From assembly GCA_030141605.1 (NCBI GenBank), contig JAQGDQ010000096.1, positions 372,001 through 436,000 on the forward strand: a DNA stretch of 64,000 nucleotides. The letters run 5' to 3'. The translations under genes were made by a program, and so were the position numbers. Shown here in pieces: positions 15,148 through 30,400 of the stretch (its first letter is position 1; every line of letters starts with the position of its first letter). This DNA comes from Tubiluchus corallicola. Lineage: Eukaryota; Animalia; Priapulida. The notes below the pieces were generated by a model. It was not told the DNA's origin and made no database searches. It worked only from the letters and a program-made list of their open reading frames with translations.

Positions 15148-17624
15148 TACATATTTCAACCTTTGTAATGTATATAATTTATTGTACGTGTCTCTCTGTA
15201 TGTCTTTCTACTATCTCTTTTCAATCATTGTCTTTTAATTATTATTTTATTGTCTGAAATGCACTAAATATGTAAGAAATAAATGATTTATATACATGGA
15301 TATGCGAGTGTGTATATACGTGCGTGCTTACGTGTGTGTGTGTCTCACAAAATACGGAAAAGAAGCCTATTTATTGGAACCTGGAGTGAAGTTGTATACA
15401 TTTTTCATTTCTCTGTCTGTTTCATCCAGCGTGCAGCTGCTGGCGGTACTCAAGCATCATTTACAAAACAGTGTAAATAAAAGACTTGGTCAGGTTTCAC
15501 CAACTCTATTAATTCATAATTTCTCGCTTGTATTTGGTTAAGACCGGCGACACATCATTTACAACAAGTTAGCTATATGATCGAAGTTGACTACAGAGTG
15601 TTTGTATTCTTCAAGAATGTTGTGAATGTTTTCATTGAATGATTCATATCTATAGGCTTTCTCTGATGCTCGAGAAATTTTCTGAAATCATTTCTACATA
15701 GCTTTCTTGACTTTAAATGAGGAATTCTTGGCGTTTCTGCGGGGCATACATGCATTTTAACACGTGACATGCTTTTAGAATCTGCGGGGACGGCATTTAT
15801 GAAACTATATCTCGTCAACTGCAATGCGTCTCAAACAGCAACATGAATTAAAATTGGAATGGTGACATAAAGAGCACAATGCTGTAATCTGTAGTGTTTT
15901 TTATATCAGGATGTAGCTTTAGCTGAACTCACAATGTTTCATCAATGAAATGTGTCGCGCTTTGATTTGACCCTGAAACGACCATAGTTTTCACATGAAA
16001 ACGAAATTCCATAATTTGACCTTGAAATAACCTTAACCATTTTTTCGAGGTCATAATGTTGCTTTCATCGAATCGTCAAGCTTGATTATCTAGGAACTGT
16101 ATTTTCTTTTAATGGAACTGACATTTTTTGATGCACAACAGAACTTCTTGTTTTACAAGCCGTTTGTTTATTCTCCTCCACAAATTTGAATAACTCAAAA
16201 TCCAGAGTACCTAGAATCACCAAGCTCACAGGAGAGACATCTGGGAAGGGGTTCAGAAAACTGTATTTGACACATGACCTTGGGTAAAGTTGTCAAAGAC
16301 GTTGGTGTCCATCACGTTGCTGGCTATGGCGATTTTTACATTTCTATAGTTCGCGTTACTTCGTACAAATACCATCGCATCTTTCTCCTTCTTTCTATTC
16401 TCTATTAAACTTTCTTTTTACTCCTTTACTGCTCTTTTCTACTACACTCAATCCACATTCATTTGGGGTGCTCTGAACATTACTTCTTGAGTACCCCACG
16501 GGTCATTTGCAACTTGGCATCTTGTGTGCATAACAATAAATACGTTATTAAATTCTTTTACGTGTAATGCTGTAATGATCGTTGTGGGTGTATGTAATAG
16601 ATAAATAAAATAAATAATACAATGGACGTCTGTCACTTTTTGATTGTCACAACTACTTCCAGAGCTTTGAGCAAAATTTCGAGCAAAAACAGGATATCCA
16701 GTTTGGTGATCCTTTACAAGCACAGGTAAACGCGCTGTCTTTACAGGGCACACTCTCCAGATCATGTGAGATCCGATTAGTGCCAGGTGAAAAGGTGATG
16801 GAGTGGGTGGGATCTCTACCTTTTTCATTAGACTGTATTGCCTATTATCTTCTACAGTTTTTGAGTTACGGCCACAACTTTTAGTATGTGACTAAGCAGG
16901 TCTGAATTCTCATACATAGCTGAATATGTGGGTCATGTGTATCGAGTCAGAAACCAAAAATGGACATTTTCCAGTGTTAATCAGCAGTAGCTTGTAGTGT
17001 ACATCACATGAAAGGTGTTATACACAAATCAAATGGTATACGTTGAGCTGTGACCTGCGACCGTGTCCATACAATACATTTACTTATGCTGCACGTTTAC
17101 CTGTGCTTGTAACGGGTCACTAAACTGGGTACTGTTTTTGCATTTTAGCCCTGCTGTCCCCAAATGCACAGTCACCACAAAATACCTAAATATGTGTGGA
17201 AAAAATTTTGAATTTAGCTCAAAGCTTTAGAATTGAGTTGTGATAATCAATCTGGCATACTTTTCTTTTTTTTACTTTTCCTTGACACAACACTTTGTTC
17301 TAGCCTCTGTGTTCAGCTGCAGCTTTCTAAAGAGTGTTATAGAAAGTAGGATAAATTGGGAAAATTGCCCACCTACAACAAGAGGAGCTTGAATAAGTGA
17401 TTATAAGATTAACTGTTGAAAATATGAAAATATCACTGTTTTTATATAAAGAAAATACTTTTTTATGGATGGCAATTGATATGCTGGTGAACAGTAGTTA
17501 GTGCAAATTGCAAAACTTAAAACTGATAGGAAGATTCAGTAGAATGAAAAATAACCATTGCATAAAATTTTCAAAAAAGAAAACTAAACAGAATACATGG
17601 GTAAATAACTACATAACTTTTGTT

Positions 17625-17630
17625 TTTATT
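17625..17630 (-). terminator. Candidate XPO6 polyadenylation signal
   Basis: AATAAA about 860 nt after the stop codon, followed by a U/GU-rich tract on the minus strand. Confidence 0.4.
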
Positions 17631-18486
17631 TACATAGAAAAATAATTTAATCAAAGCCAACATGGGTACATATAAAATGTTCAAGACTCTACCTACTAAT
17701 CAAGAATTCACAATATGAGAATATATAACATAAAACAACTACATTGTCAAACAGTACATGGAATGTATCCTAAAAGTTACGTAAAGGAAAACGGATCCAG
17801 TCTTAAACTGTAGCTCAAAACAACCTACTCTTTAAAATATTGAAAGAGAACATAGTATTTTTTCAAAAATGATTTATGTGAAAGAATTATCATCACACAA
17901 ACGCAATTTTGCAATCGCTTGGCTAGGTCTTCACTGTTACACTTTTGTTAATTAGACAGGCACTAGCGCCGCATTTTGGAAACACGCTGCACAAAAAAGT
18001 GCTGTCTAGTTCAGAGTTGTTCATTTGTGATGTACTGCACACGTTCAACAGCTCATGCGTGAGCACATCGGTAAATTTGCAATTTGAATTTTTATCTTAA
18101 AACTTGCTGAGTTTAGTGCAACACACTGTATATCACACAGCAGCACTGTACTTCAATTTTCACTTTTACAAACATGTGCAACACGCTCGTGGAATATTTG
18201 TGCTGTTAGAAATTATGTTCATTTGTGACCATGTCATAAATAGTTGGTGGGCTTGCCCACTGTTAATTAAGTTTTTAATCTATTATTTAATTATCAGAAA
18301 TGCTTTTGCAGTATTGTATTAAAACGTATACTTTTCGCTGTACTTCGAAATGGGGTAGGACATGAAAAATCATCCTGTTTCTGGTAAGAACAAACTTAAG
18401 CTCTGAGAATACAAGTACTAATCAAAGCTTTGTAATTATGACAATAATTTGCCGATCAGCAGAAATCATCACACAAGAGCTTCGTG

Positions 18487-21400
18487 TTAAAACTTGACAG
18501 TGCCAGGAGCGAGGCTGCTGTTACATAGCTGGTAATATCTGAGATCTCCAACAAACCTATGCAGACATTTAGTTAGTGATGGAAAGTCCTGAAATCGAAG
18601 AAAAGCTTCTATTACAGAACTGGTTTTGCAACTTAAATGACACAGACAGTTGGACACATGATATTTCGACACAGACATTTGGACAACTGATATGAGGACA
18701 GGACATTTGGAAGCCGGAAAATTATGTATAGCTGCGCTAGGTGCTGGGTCATCTGGGCACGAGACTTTTGGGTGCCAGAGCCAATGCTCATCCAATGCGC
18801 TGACTCGATCTCACATTCCAAGAACACACTACTGTATTATTACACTGCCTTACCTGCCTAGTAGCTTAAACTTTTATGAGAATTCTTGTTCAAAACCAAC
18901 CAAGCCAGTTGTACTGATGCTAAATTTTGGTGTGAAAAGATATTTTGATGCAAATTTCTGTTATTTAGGTGTTTTTACGTGCATTATAATTACGTTTATA
19001 TTAGGTGCATTACACATTTTTGAAATAAAATACTGTCATATTTTATTAAACGCTAATATAAACTTAACAGCCGCATCTTCTGTCTTCGTTCATTTTAAAA
19101 ACTACATTACATTGAAAGTGGAAACCACAAAGTGCAGAGTCAACTGACTGGTTTTCATTGTTGCATGACATATTGTTGCTTAAGTTTAATTTAGTGAAGT
19201 GATGAATCTTAGTCAAAAAAATATTTTTAAAATTGGAAGACTACAACAGGTCACTAAATTTTAATATACAAAAATAAAAAATTCAATTTTTAATTTTACT
19301 GGTGCAACATTAAATTTTATTGGTACTGACCATGCCCAAATGACATGTATCCACTACAAAAACCAAATAGAATGTTAATAACTACCTGAACAATGGGAAA
19401 ATTCCTGGCCAGCATTTGCTTCTGATTATTATCCATGTTTTCACAGGATGCAAGAAACTGCGGCAGAAAATTACTGTAAAAATTGTCAAAGTCAACGGAA
19501 GCCATGTTGAATATCGTCATGGTGATTTCTTCCTGCAGCAGGTCATGTGACCTACACAGATAAAAGCAATTAGATAAAATAAATAAGAAAAAAAATTATT
19601 GTACATTGTCACTTAAACTTATTACTTAAATTATCACTATTACTTAGACATACCTAAAAAGCATATGTGAATTTTGCATTAATATCACAGAAAATGAAGA
19701 AAATGATGATGACTATGATGATAACGCTGAAGATATTCAAATATGATAACAAAGATGACATCTAAGCAGCGCAGTAACAAAGATGGCTAATGCAAGGGAA
19801 AATAAGTTATAAAAATGTTTATATGTAATTATATAAATTCACATTAATAGAAATAATGGGTTTACCTAAGAATCAGAACTTGTAACAAAACATTAAGGAA
19901 CTGGACTAGCATCACTTCCTTGAATATATCCTGGAAATATTAAAAATATAATTTAGGTTCATGAAAATGCAAATATGAGCAGGCATTACTCATTTAAAAC
20001 ATGCTGAACAATAAGTTCATATTTTGGCATATGATCACACGAGGTAGTTTGTTATTATCTAGATAAGACACTCACAATTTCTGACGTTTCATCACATAAA
20101 AGCTAAAGATGAAATCATCATACCTACATAAAGGAATGGTAAGATAATTGAGTCGAACGTAAACAAAGCACAAGGTTGTGGAACATGACATAGTGGAACC
20201 AGTTGGCTAATTGGCAATATGTAAAATATGGGGTCCTAGCTTTAGTTACTTTTTACAAATTGCAGCCATTTTTTACAAAGCAAACACTTAATGCTCAGAC
20301 ACTGCTAACGCAGACAATGACCTTGAGACAAAAAATCAAGGTCAGTGACCAGTAATTTATTTAATCTTCAAAAATTAACAACTTGAAAAATGCATGAGCC
20401 AGCGAACTAAAATCAATAAAGAAGATAGTACAGGTAGCATGGATGATAGTATCAATTGAAAAGGGGCAGATTGGAGCAGAATGAAGGCCAATTAAATAAT
20501 TAATTAATTTGACCTGCTGAGACTGCAGAAGCCATATAGTGACTTTTATACATACATCTTATAGAGCATGTTTGTGGCTGAACATTGCAGGCAGGGCTTG
20601 GCAACCGGGACTTAACCCAAATGTACAAATATAATTAAATCATGCGTAATTATGTAAATGTTTATAACCTTAATCAATTAATAAATTGATCAATAATGAA
20701 ATGGAAACACAACAATTAAACCATTGAATAACACCAGACCACATAACCCCATTTGTATCAATCGTATTTAATCATAATAGCTCACAATGCTAGTCCAATA
20801 TTTATAGACATTGCTCATGTTAGAATAATTACTAACTAAATAGATTCATTTTTTAACTTTTGAAGATGGAAAATCCACAAGTAATTTATTTATTATTTAT
20901 AACTGTATGTCCAAGATTATCATACAATGGCAAAATAACCCTATGATTATTACATTTTTTAAACCGAATTTGACCAATAAAAGTGGAAAAACTGGACCTA
21001 AGTGTGGATTTGAAGATGAAATTTTGTGTTCAAGACCAGTGCCAGGAACATTGTTTCCTCTTTCCAATGTGACAAAGATTTTTTAGCTGTCACTCTAAAT
21101 TATTTTTCTACAGCTGTTTAAATTGTGCATCCCATTTCTGGTCAAATAAGTTGCATATGAACTGCTGGTTATGAGTGCTGGAAATATAGTACCTTATGAT
21201 AAAGTTTCCATTTTGCATTAAGTTGTTCCAAATATTCAAGATTTTGCTTGAAAATAGAAATGTCGGGTTGCAAAAATGACTGACCAAATGCCTACAACAA
21301 AAATACAGACATGTTAAAACTAAAAACATATGAGAGACATTTTGCCTTCTTTTAGGAAAAATGCACAAAAAGGTTAAGTAGTAATGTTTAAATGCTTGAT

Positions 21401-24400
21401 AAATGTTTATTAGGAAAATCACACACTTCTTCAGACTAGAAAGATTTCTAAAACAATAAAAATGCAAATGACATAATGCCTGCAACAACTAATGACAGAC
21501 ATATTATATGCTACTATACCTATAATAATAGATGCATAAAATAGATGTAAAGATATATTTGTCTACTGTACCTACATTAAATACATTTTGTAACACATTT
21601 CTACTGTTCTGGGCAAAATCAACTTTTCCAATGTAGTCCATCAAAATGTTGTCCAGGGTGGACTGCCCCTAGCTAAGCCGTTGGTTCTAAACAAAGTTCT
21701 ACTCTATCTGAACTTAATCACCAGATAAAACATTCATCTATTTTGTACCTGTCTGACGAAAAAAACTTTTTTAACAAGTACACTATGTAAAGTTACCAAA
21801 CATGGGGAAGCGTTTTTCTATATTATAAGATTATTTCTTATCAAGTGTCACCTGCATGATTAAGGTAAATTCATTCTGATGTTCCATTTCTGCAACTGTC
21901 TTTGTTTCTCCAGCAGCAGTAGAAAGGACAGATGATTTGAAGAAATAGCGCCAATTGTTCAGGAGAATACTGTACAGCAACTCAAATAAACTAGCCTTCA
22001 AATCCGGTGATGGCCGCTACAAAAACACTTGCTAAATTACTGTCAATCTTCATAATTCGTAAGACATTACACATACATTTACCATGCATTCATTTATCAA
22101 TGAATGATGAAATTCTAACTGATCATTACCAAGATCGAATGTTTTGTTTCTATTCCCAAGTTTCACCAAGTTCCACTAAGTTTCGCAGTAATCGGTTTAG
22201 TAGTTGTTACGTAATCGTGTTAATAAACCAATATATATGTCCCACATATCACTTCCTTGGTGGAGGTAAAATTTAAATGAGTTTTGGGTTAACTAACGAA
22301 TCATTTTATAATGTTGTCAAGAAATTATATTTGAATTTTGTATCAATTACACTCTTTTCAAAATGTTCAAGATTCAAGATTGTTTATTTCAACACAAATG
22401 CAACTCGTACATAAAAGAAAAACGTTTTCAAAATGTTTTGAATGTTCACAACCGATAAAAACAGTGGTGCAAAATGGTGCAGATAAAATGGATGTGAACT
22501 GCTGAACCAATTTTGAAACTGGTTTCAAAACGTTTTACGTTTGGCATGCGAAAATGGCACAAGGTTTCGCTTAAACTAGAAAAAGTAAAAAACATATAAT
22601 ACCTCTGATATGATAGGATATATTTGCAGCATGCAGAGTGAAATAATACTTGGAAGGAAGCTTTTGAATGAAGAGCCAGGTTCTTCAATTACTAACCGCA
22701 GTATCGTCAAAAACCTAAAAAATGTAATAACATCAACCCAAAATAAACAACAAGTCTCTAAACAGACTTGACTGAATTACTGGTTACCAAATAGCAATAA
22801 ATAAAAACCATAAATAAAAGCTTTTCAAAATCACCATTAAAAGATTTAAGCTGACGAGTACACAACATGTTTTTAACTTTTTTATCCAATACAAAAAAAA
22901 TTGTTAGACAAGTACAAAAGTCGAACTTTTAAATCATCTCTGCAGGTTTAGTAGATGCATTGATTGGCCTAAACCTCAAAACAACATATTTGTTCTACTT
23001 CTCTAAATTTTCTTCATACTTATCTTAATTTTGCATAATGCAGGCAGTTAAAGTTACCAACACATCAGTAAAAAGTAAAAAGGTAGCAGGACTATATTAA
23101 CAGGAAAAAAGCAAAATTGTAAAATGAACGGAATGTCGGAAATGTTTTCAATTACTCAAAGCCTCCAAAACTTCCGAGTCAAGTGGGATAAGTCAAATTA
23201 ACCACCTTTTCATAGACTGACCCAGCAGCTTTTCATGGAAAGCTCAAAGTAATAACATGTTCACTTGAAAATAGTAATGAAAAGTCAGGTAACAAAAATT
23301 TTAGGTTTTTAAACAGATTTTTCTATAGGCACTTGCATTGCAACAAAAAAATGAGTTATTAAATTTCCGACTAAACAGGCATAAAGGATCAGTAAGATCA
23401 GATAATTGATACTGAACTTGTACATTTCAGCAGTACACTACACATACAGCAAGGTTAATTACTAACTTTTCTACTACACATACAGCAAGGTTAATTACTA
23501 ACTTTTCTACTACACATACAGCAAGGTTAATTACTAACTTTTCTACTACACGTATTCCAGCCACATTCTCATGTCTTATGTTTTCAGTAAGTTGTTCTTT
23601 TGTAAAAAGACACATGAACGTTTTTATCATTTGCTCCACGAAAGATGTGCCCATTTGCACTCGTAATGATTGAAACAACACCAAGAAAAAGCTAAGAATC
23701 TCCTCCCCAACATCTGTAATTAAACAAAGGCAATGTATTATGACATTATTATAAAGAACAAGATAGCAAATATACAGTATAACACCATTATAGCAAACAT
23801 AGTTTATTGCGTACACATCGGTAATGAGAACTCACAAAAAAGAGCAAACTTTCATCTTTTATTTAACTAGTATAATAGCTTTAAATACAGTGTACTCGAT
23901 TATTGCACATTGAGAACTTGTTGTCAAACCCCATTGCCTGTGTCACTATGTATCTATAGGTTTTTATTGCGTACTTTACTTTTATTAGTCGTTTGCAAAT
24001 AAATGACGGTTAAATTTAACTCATCATTCTTGATACTGCAGCAAAGTTGTGAGGCATTCAGCATGTGGACTTGTTAACATGCCATGACGAAAGGTCATTT
24101 TGTGTACTAACTGTATGAAAACAATGAGTCACTCAGCTGCTCAACACAGTTTTTTACGTACGTTCCATGGCAGCACACAGATGAGATATTTCATCAAGTA
24201 ACGAACACTACTGAAGTTACTTTGCTGCACAAAAACTTTTACGTAAGGGTCGAACAGAAATTTTGTACAATCAAAATTCACTGATTTTTTTAAATCTCAT
24301 TGGCTTTGTTGAATATGTCACATAAATTTACAAGTGAAGGTGCACATACAGTTTGATAACATCTTCCAAAAGAACTTTACATCCTCTATGAAGCCTATGT

Positions 24401-27400
24401 ACATTACTAATTCACTTTTATTATTAATAAGTGCTTGCTCATCTATGTGTGATTAGCCACGTATATTTACAGAGTATCTTGGTTATAGAGTACTTTTTCC
24501 TTGAGTCCCTAGTGTTGCCTGGGGGCAAGAACAATATGTGAGGCCACACTGTCCTTAGCAATTTACAGTGTTGAGGGTATATACGCATCTGAATGTGGTT
24601 AAGTGTTAACTGCCGAGTCAGCATTTCAACTTACATAATGAACTCAGTTCCGGTCCTACCACAACCATTCAATACATAAAAATAGACCCTGATGCTGAGT
24701 GAGAGATTGCTTACAATGCTCTGAAGATTATATAAAAAAGTTTAAGTTGTTTGCAAATTTATTGCAAACCTAATACAAAGCAAATTTTAAACGTCGATTA
24801 AAATGAAAGTAACAAATGTAATCGCAGTTTATTTCACAGCTAACTTGCAATTTATCTTAAACAGCAAGCAGTAGTCTAGCACTCAGTAACAGAGGCAACC
24901 AAATGTAGATACATGTGACCGGACCAGCTGATCCATTATCAGGTTAATCTTCAAAGAAGACAGTGAACCAGTAGCTGTGTTTCAGGCATGATCGAATGAG
25001 AATACAGCCTCATTCCAGTGGCATAGCTAGGGGATATTGTCCCCGGGTGGCCCTCTGAGTGCAAGAAAAAAATGAAACAGCAGAAAGGTGTTACAGCACT
25101 TATGTAATGCGTGTGCAGTGGAGATATACAACTGTCTAATTTGTGCATTGCTAGATGTTCTAGGCAGAGTGATGTAGAATTTGTCTGTCATAATTTATTA
25201 GTCTATTGTTGCAGGTTCGTAGTTTTAGAAATCGTTCAACTTTGCAGATGCAGTGTGTGACTTTCTAAACACTAATTTAGCAAACATTTAAATGTTCAAA
25301 GTTTTGTAATAAACAAGTTTTGTAATAATTACCTGGGTGGTGAACGTAGATTGGGAACAAACGCAGCGTAACCTCAATGCAATCCTGGACTGATTGATAA
25401 CACAGCAACTTTGTCTTTGTTACTTCATTGCTAACATTCTCCACTAGGTCCGACAGCACCTTCAGAGTTTGTATGATACAAGGTTTAACTAGAAAATAGT
25501 AATTTCATGTAAGTTTCAGTGTAAATGCGTCTAGTATACGAAACTTCAATATTGCCCAGAACAAAATCTTGAAAGCTACAAAATTCAGGCATCATCAAGC
25601 ACTAAGAAACCGGCTGTTAAATTTCACAGTATAAAAGCAAACAAAGAAGTGAAAAGCAAAAAGAACAAAAGCTAAAATCATTTTGTATAAAAGCAGTCAC
25701 AAACTTTTGACTATCATTATTATTGCCCTTTTGCTTAAAAGAAGTTGAATATGCATGTCTGCATGTGTGCCTGCTCAACTTCTAAAAATTAAGTGTTAAA
25801 GTTTACAAGACTATATTGTTAAACTTTTAAAGATAGGCTACACAGTCTTTCCCGTCGGAATAATTAGATATTAGGGTCAACTAACCCAAGAATAACTCTT
25901 TAGAGGTCACTCTTTCAAAAATGTTGTGTACAATCATATTTCAGTTTGCCGGACCTCGCTTTTATGGATATCGGAAAAATCGGACAAAATCTGGACCATT
26001 AAAAGTCTCGCATATTACGGACATAGTCCGTTGTTTCACGAGCTGACCGCTAGTTGCTGGGCCGTCACTTTGTTCACATCACTATAGCCAAGCAGCGTGT
26101 AACAACACGTGTAGCTTGTCAGGAGCAGCCCTTACTAGACTTTTCTGAGACAATTGGGTGATTTATTCTATATTACCGTGAGTTTAATGCATGGCACCTA
26201 CTGTATCAGCTTAGTATACGGAGAATCTGCAAATTCGGACCGACATCTCCTCGTTTTTGACTGGCAAAATAAAGATATGAGTGCATTTTCAAAATGGTGA
26301 AAGGGTGAACGCACATAGAAAATCATAAAAGAGCTTTCTATATACAAAATAATACAACTCTGCATGTACGCATCAGCAAAATTCGTCACGTTACAAAAAT
26401 ATCCAAAACATTTCGGAAAGGCAAGTTATAATGACCATCATGTCACCAAAATAGACCTAAGTCTACTTTTTTCGCTCAGGCTTCTTATCTGTGGACTTCT
26501 TTACCAGAAAAACGTTTCTTTGAAAATTACAGCTTCACTCAATTGAAAAAGATCATCAACTAATATCTACTATCGCTAGCAAGTTAGTTATATAAATTCT
26601 ATTTCTCTGGATATTTATTCATATTTTTACCACTTATTCGAATGCCCTTTTTGCCTTGTTTGGAATGATTTACATAAAAGAAAAACTATAGAATACCTGT
26701 AATTTGCAGAACCTTGTCATGAGAAAGTGCACTTGCATCATGCAGTTGTCGATAATTGGTCGTCAAGGTTTTTAGAAAATTCTGATGATGCTCGGCACGC
26801 ATGTGCCATTTCTGTTCTGCATCAGAAACATTTGGCCAAGGCAAAAGCAAAATATTGGATAATGATCTATAGACTAGAAGCTGTACCTGAAGGAACAAAT
26901 ATATTTAAACATGCAAATCCCTAGAAAAATAGCAGAAGAGATGTTATGAACAAAAAGCAAAGTTTAATGTCATTATTTTGAAATCGCTGGGAAATGTAAT
27001 GAACATGCTGCCATAGTCACGGAATGTCAAAATATATCCCTATACCAGCAGCTCTGAGGAAGAGCAAGAAAACTGTGATGCATTTTTATGGTTAAATTTT
27101 TTTTAGTATTGATTTTCATCTATATTTACATATACCTACAGTACGTGAACACATCTTCAACACTTTTTATGTATTTAATTTTAATGCATGTTGGTTGTTT
27201 TTGTTTAAATCTCTGCATGTCTCTATACTAATTTTTTATACTTCACTACCTTTTCTATTGTATTGTCTTTGTACTACATATACGAAATAAATGGCATATA
27301 TAAAAGGCAGCAGAATGCTAGGTGCAATAATGAATACACTCAGTTCAAAACGTTCAGGGTAAAGAAATAACCCAGAGAACTATATTGCAATTTCTCTTCA

Positions 27401-30400
27401 ACAACAGACTTAAGATAATATGTGCAAATTGAAGGTAAGCCATGAATAAATAACCTATCAATACATTTGCATATTTTGCAACACCCAAAAAGTCCGTAAA
27501 ACACGTAGCAATCCATTCAAAATTTTCAGCCAAACGGAAAGCAAGGCATACCTGTAATGGCAGTAGATATATTTTTCCCTCGCTAACATTTGTGAATAGT
27601 AATTTGGTCGTTTCTAGCGCAAGAAGGAATGACGGTCGAACCGTTGAGGAAACAGACAGCAAAAGATGTGCGGCTGATTGCATGACTTTCTCAGGAACCT
27701 AAATACAAGTAGCATTGTTAACTGTACAACATCTTAAGAATTTCTATCTCACTCTACTACTAATGGTACTACCTACAACTTAAAGATCTCTATCTCACTC
27801 TACAACTAACAGTAGGACATTTTAAGGATCTCTATCTCACTCTACAACTAACATTAGGACATTTTAAGGATCTCTATCTCACTCTACAACTAACAGTAGG
27901 ACATTTTAAGGATCTCTATCTCACTCTACAACTAACAGTAGGACATTTTAAGGATCTCTATCTCACTCTAATACTAACGGTACAACATCTTAAGGATCTC
28001 TATCTCACTCTACTACTAATGTTACAGCATCTTAAGGATCTCTATCTCACTCCACTATTAAGGGTACGACATCTTAATGATCTCTATCTCACTCCACTAT
28101 TAAGGGTACGACATCTTAAGGATCTCTCTCTCACTCTACTAATAACGGTACAACATATTAAGGATCTCAATATGTTTCTACTACTAATGGTACAATATAT
28201 TAAGGATCTTTATCTCTCTTTACTACCACAGCAAATGACAAACAAGAAAAGCTAGACTACCTGTTCCTGTAACATGGGAGTAAGTGCTTCCATAGCTGAA
28301 GAAACAAGAGTTGCAAACTTGCCATTGTCCTGTGCCTGTCTTAGCATTTCACCATAATACTGTGCAATCCAGTGAGAAAAAGCCTTCAGAGAAGCCATTG
28401 CTTGGGCATGTCTGTAATGAGATTCATAATTCAGAGAAGCCATTGCTTCAGCGTGTCTGTAATGAGATTCATAATTTAAAGAAGCCATTGCTTTCGCATG
28501 TCTGTTGTAATGAGATTCATAATTCAGAGAAATCATTGCGTAGGCATGTTTGTAATGAGATTCATAATTCAGAGAATTGCGTATTGAGACTGTGGTGTAT
28601 ATAAGACCCCCTTTCCTCCCGATGAGCGCTTACATGACAACTGTAACGAAGTCGGTGACAAATGTCATTTTCTTTTGTTCTGCTCTAAACACAACACACA
28701 CTGTAACTACTGCTTTAGTAGTTATTTCATGCTGTTAAGTTGTTAACACTTCAGCTAAATCTACTGTGCTAGTCTATCTTTGCTGACAGAAGGTCGAACA
28801 ATTCATCACTGCACATGTATTAGCTGTTATTCAAATACATGTGAAATTTCATCTTTTGCTTTGTCTGAAATCAATCAAGCTTGATTTGTATTCTCTTCTT
28901 GCCAAGTGTTATATGATTAAAAATTAGCTGATCAATATTTCATAGGTATTTTGGCAAACTGAACTGATAAAAGATAATTCAAACCAATTAATACCTAAAA
29001 TGTATTTAACTAATGAACTTACACTTCTATGAAATCAGGTTTTAGCACTGTCGGAGCTTGTGTAGACACTTCATATAGTCTAAGCTGTGATCCATACGTA
29101 CAAACCTGACATAGTCTAGAAATAAAATAGTATAATTAGTTAGTCATACGAAGCCATAAATTACTTTAATCCTTGAATTTAATCATGTCTTTAATCCTTG
29201 AATTATAATGGACAATGTTTTAACAAGACAAAATAAACAATTTTACTACTGCTACTGCTGTTGCTGCAGCTGTTGTTGCTGCTGCAGCTCTAACTCTCAA
29301 TACCTCTCAACAAAAGTAGCATTTGTAATAGTCTTCTAAAAAGTTCTTTACATTTTCTTATGTATAAAGGTTATTCAGTTGTACTCTAGCTTTAGTTTTA
29401 TACAACAAAATTAAAAAAGCAGCCACGGATAATTAAAATAACGCTGCATAATTACTTTTCAACGATAGGAAGTCCAATATCTATTCTTTGCAAGAATGAC
29501 TCGCCAATGAAGTGATCAGCTAGACGACCTAATGCTTGTAAGAACGAAGACAAATCACGTAAAGAGCAGTGTAGACGACGCACATCGTTTTCAGCTTTCA
29601 CAGTAAGATGGCGCTGCCCATCAATTTTCTTAATATGGCCTTCCAGCGTCTGGTAAGTGGCCAGATTCTCTCGAAATACAGGAAACTGTAAATAATTGCA
29701 GTAAAAATAAATAAACAGTTTTCATAAAACAAAGTAAAGCTCTGTGCATTAAAAAGTTGTGCAAACTAAAACCATGTGTTTTGACAATGTAGCCAAAAAG
29801 CACAGGAATTATACATTATTAATGAAAACCACATAAAAATAAAAAAAACTTTTTGACATACATTACCCACTGTTTAACATACATCATAAAGCACAAGAAA
29901 ACCCTTTAGTTACATAAAGCTAGAAAAATACGTCTTGAATATTTGTATCATCTACACACTGCTTTACTGTGTAGAGAGCGTGATATTAGCAGAAAAGCTG
30001 TGTAAAACTAAAAATTAAAACTTGCATGAAGACAGTTAGGAGCAGCCATATTGACAGAGATTGCTTGAAACAAGTTCAGATGAAATTGTGTAAAGTTTGA
30101 GACAATAATCAGAGCACACTGTAATGTATACTTTACTAACTAAACTAAAGTATAATTACTGTATCTTGTCAATAAGATTAAAAATATGTTTTTTGAAGGC
30201 GAGTCAATGCCATTTTAATAGTTCGCACGAACATTTACATTTTAAATTACTAAGTATTTTCTTTTCTAGTTACATAAGTCTAAGTGTTTCAAGCAGGTAA
30301 ACATAATGCTAAGTACTGTAACTTTGTGTGGAGTTTTTTAGACACACTTTAAAATTGCCTTTTCTTTAAAACTTTGGTTTCCAACTTCTAATGTCTCCTG

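Noticed and set aside
13100-17300. Short ORFs of 60-126 aa between Prrx and XPO6, and most plus-strand ORFs elsewhere
   Set aside because: They have no recognisable domain or splice structure; many are antisense shadows of real exons or derive from repeats.
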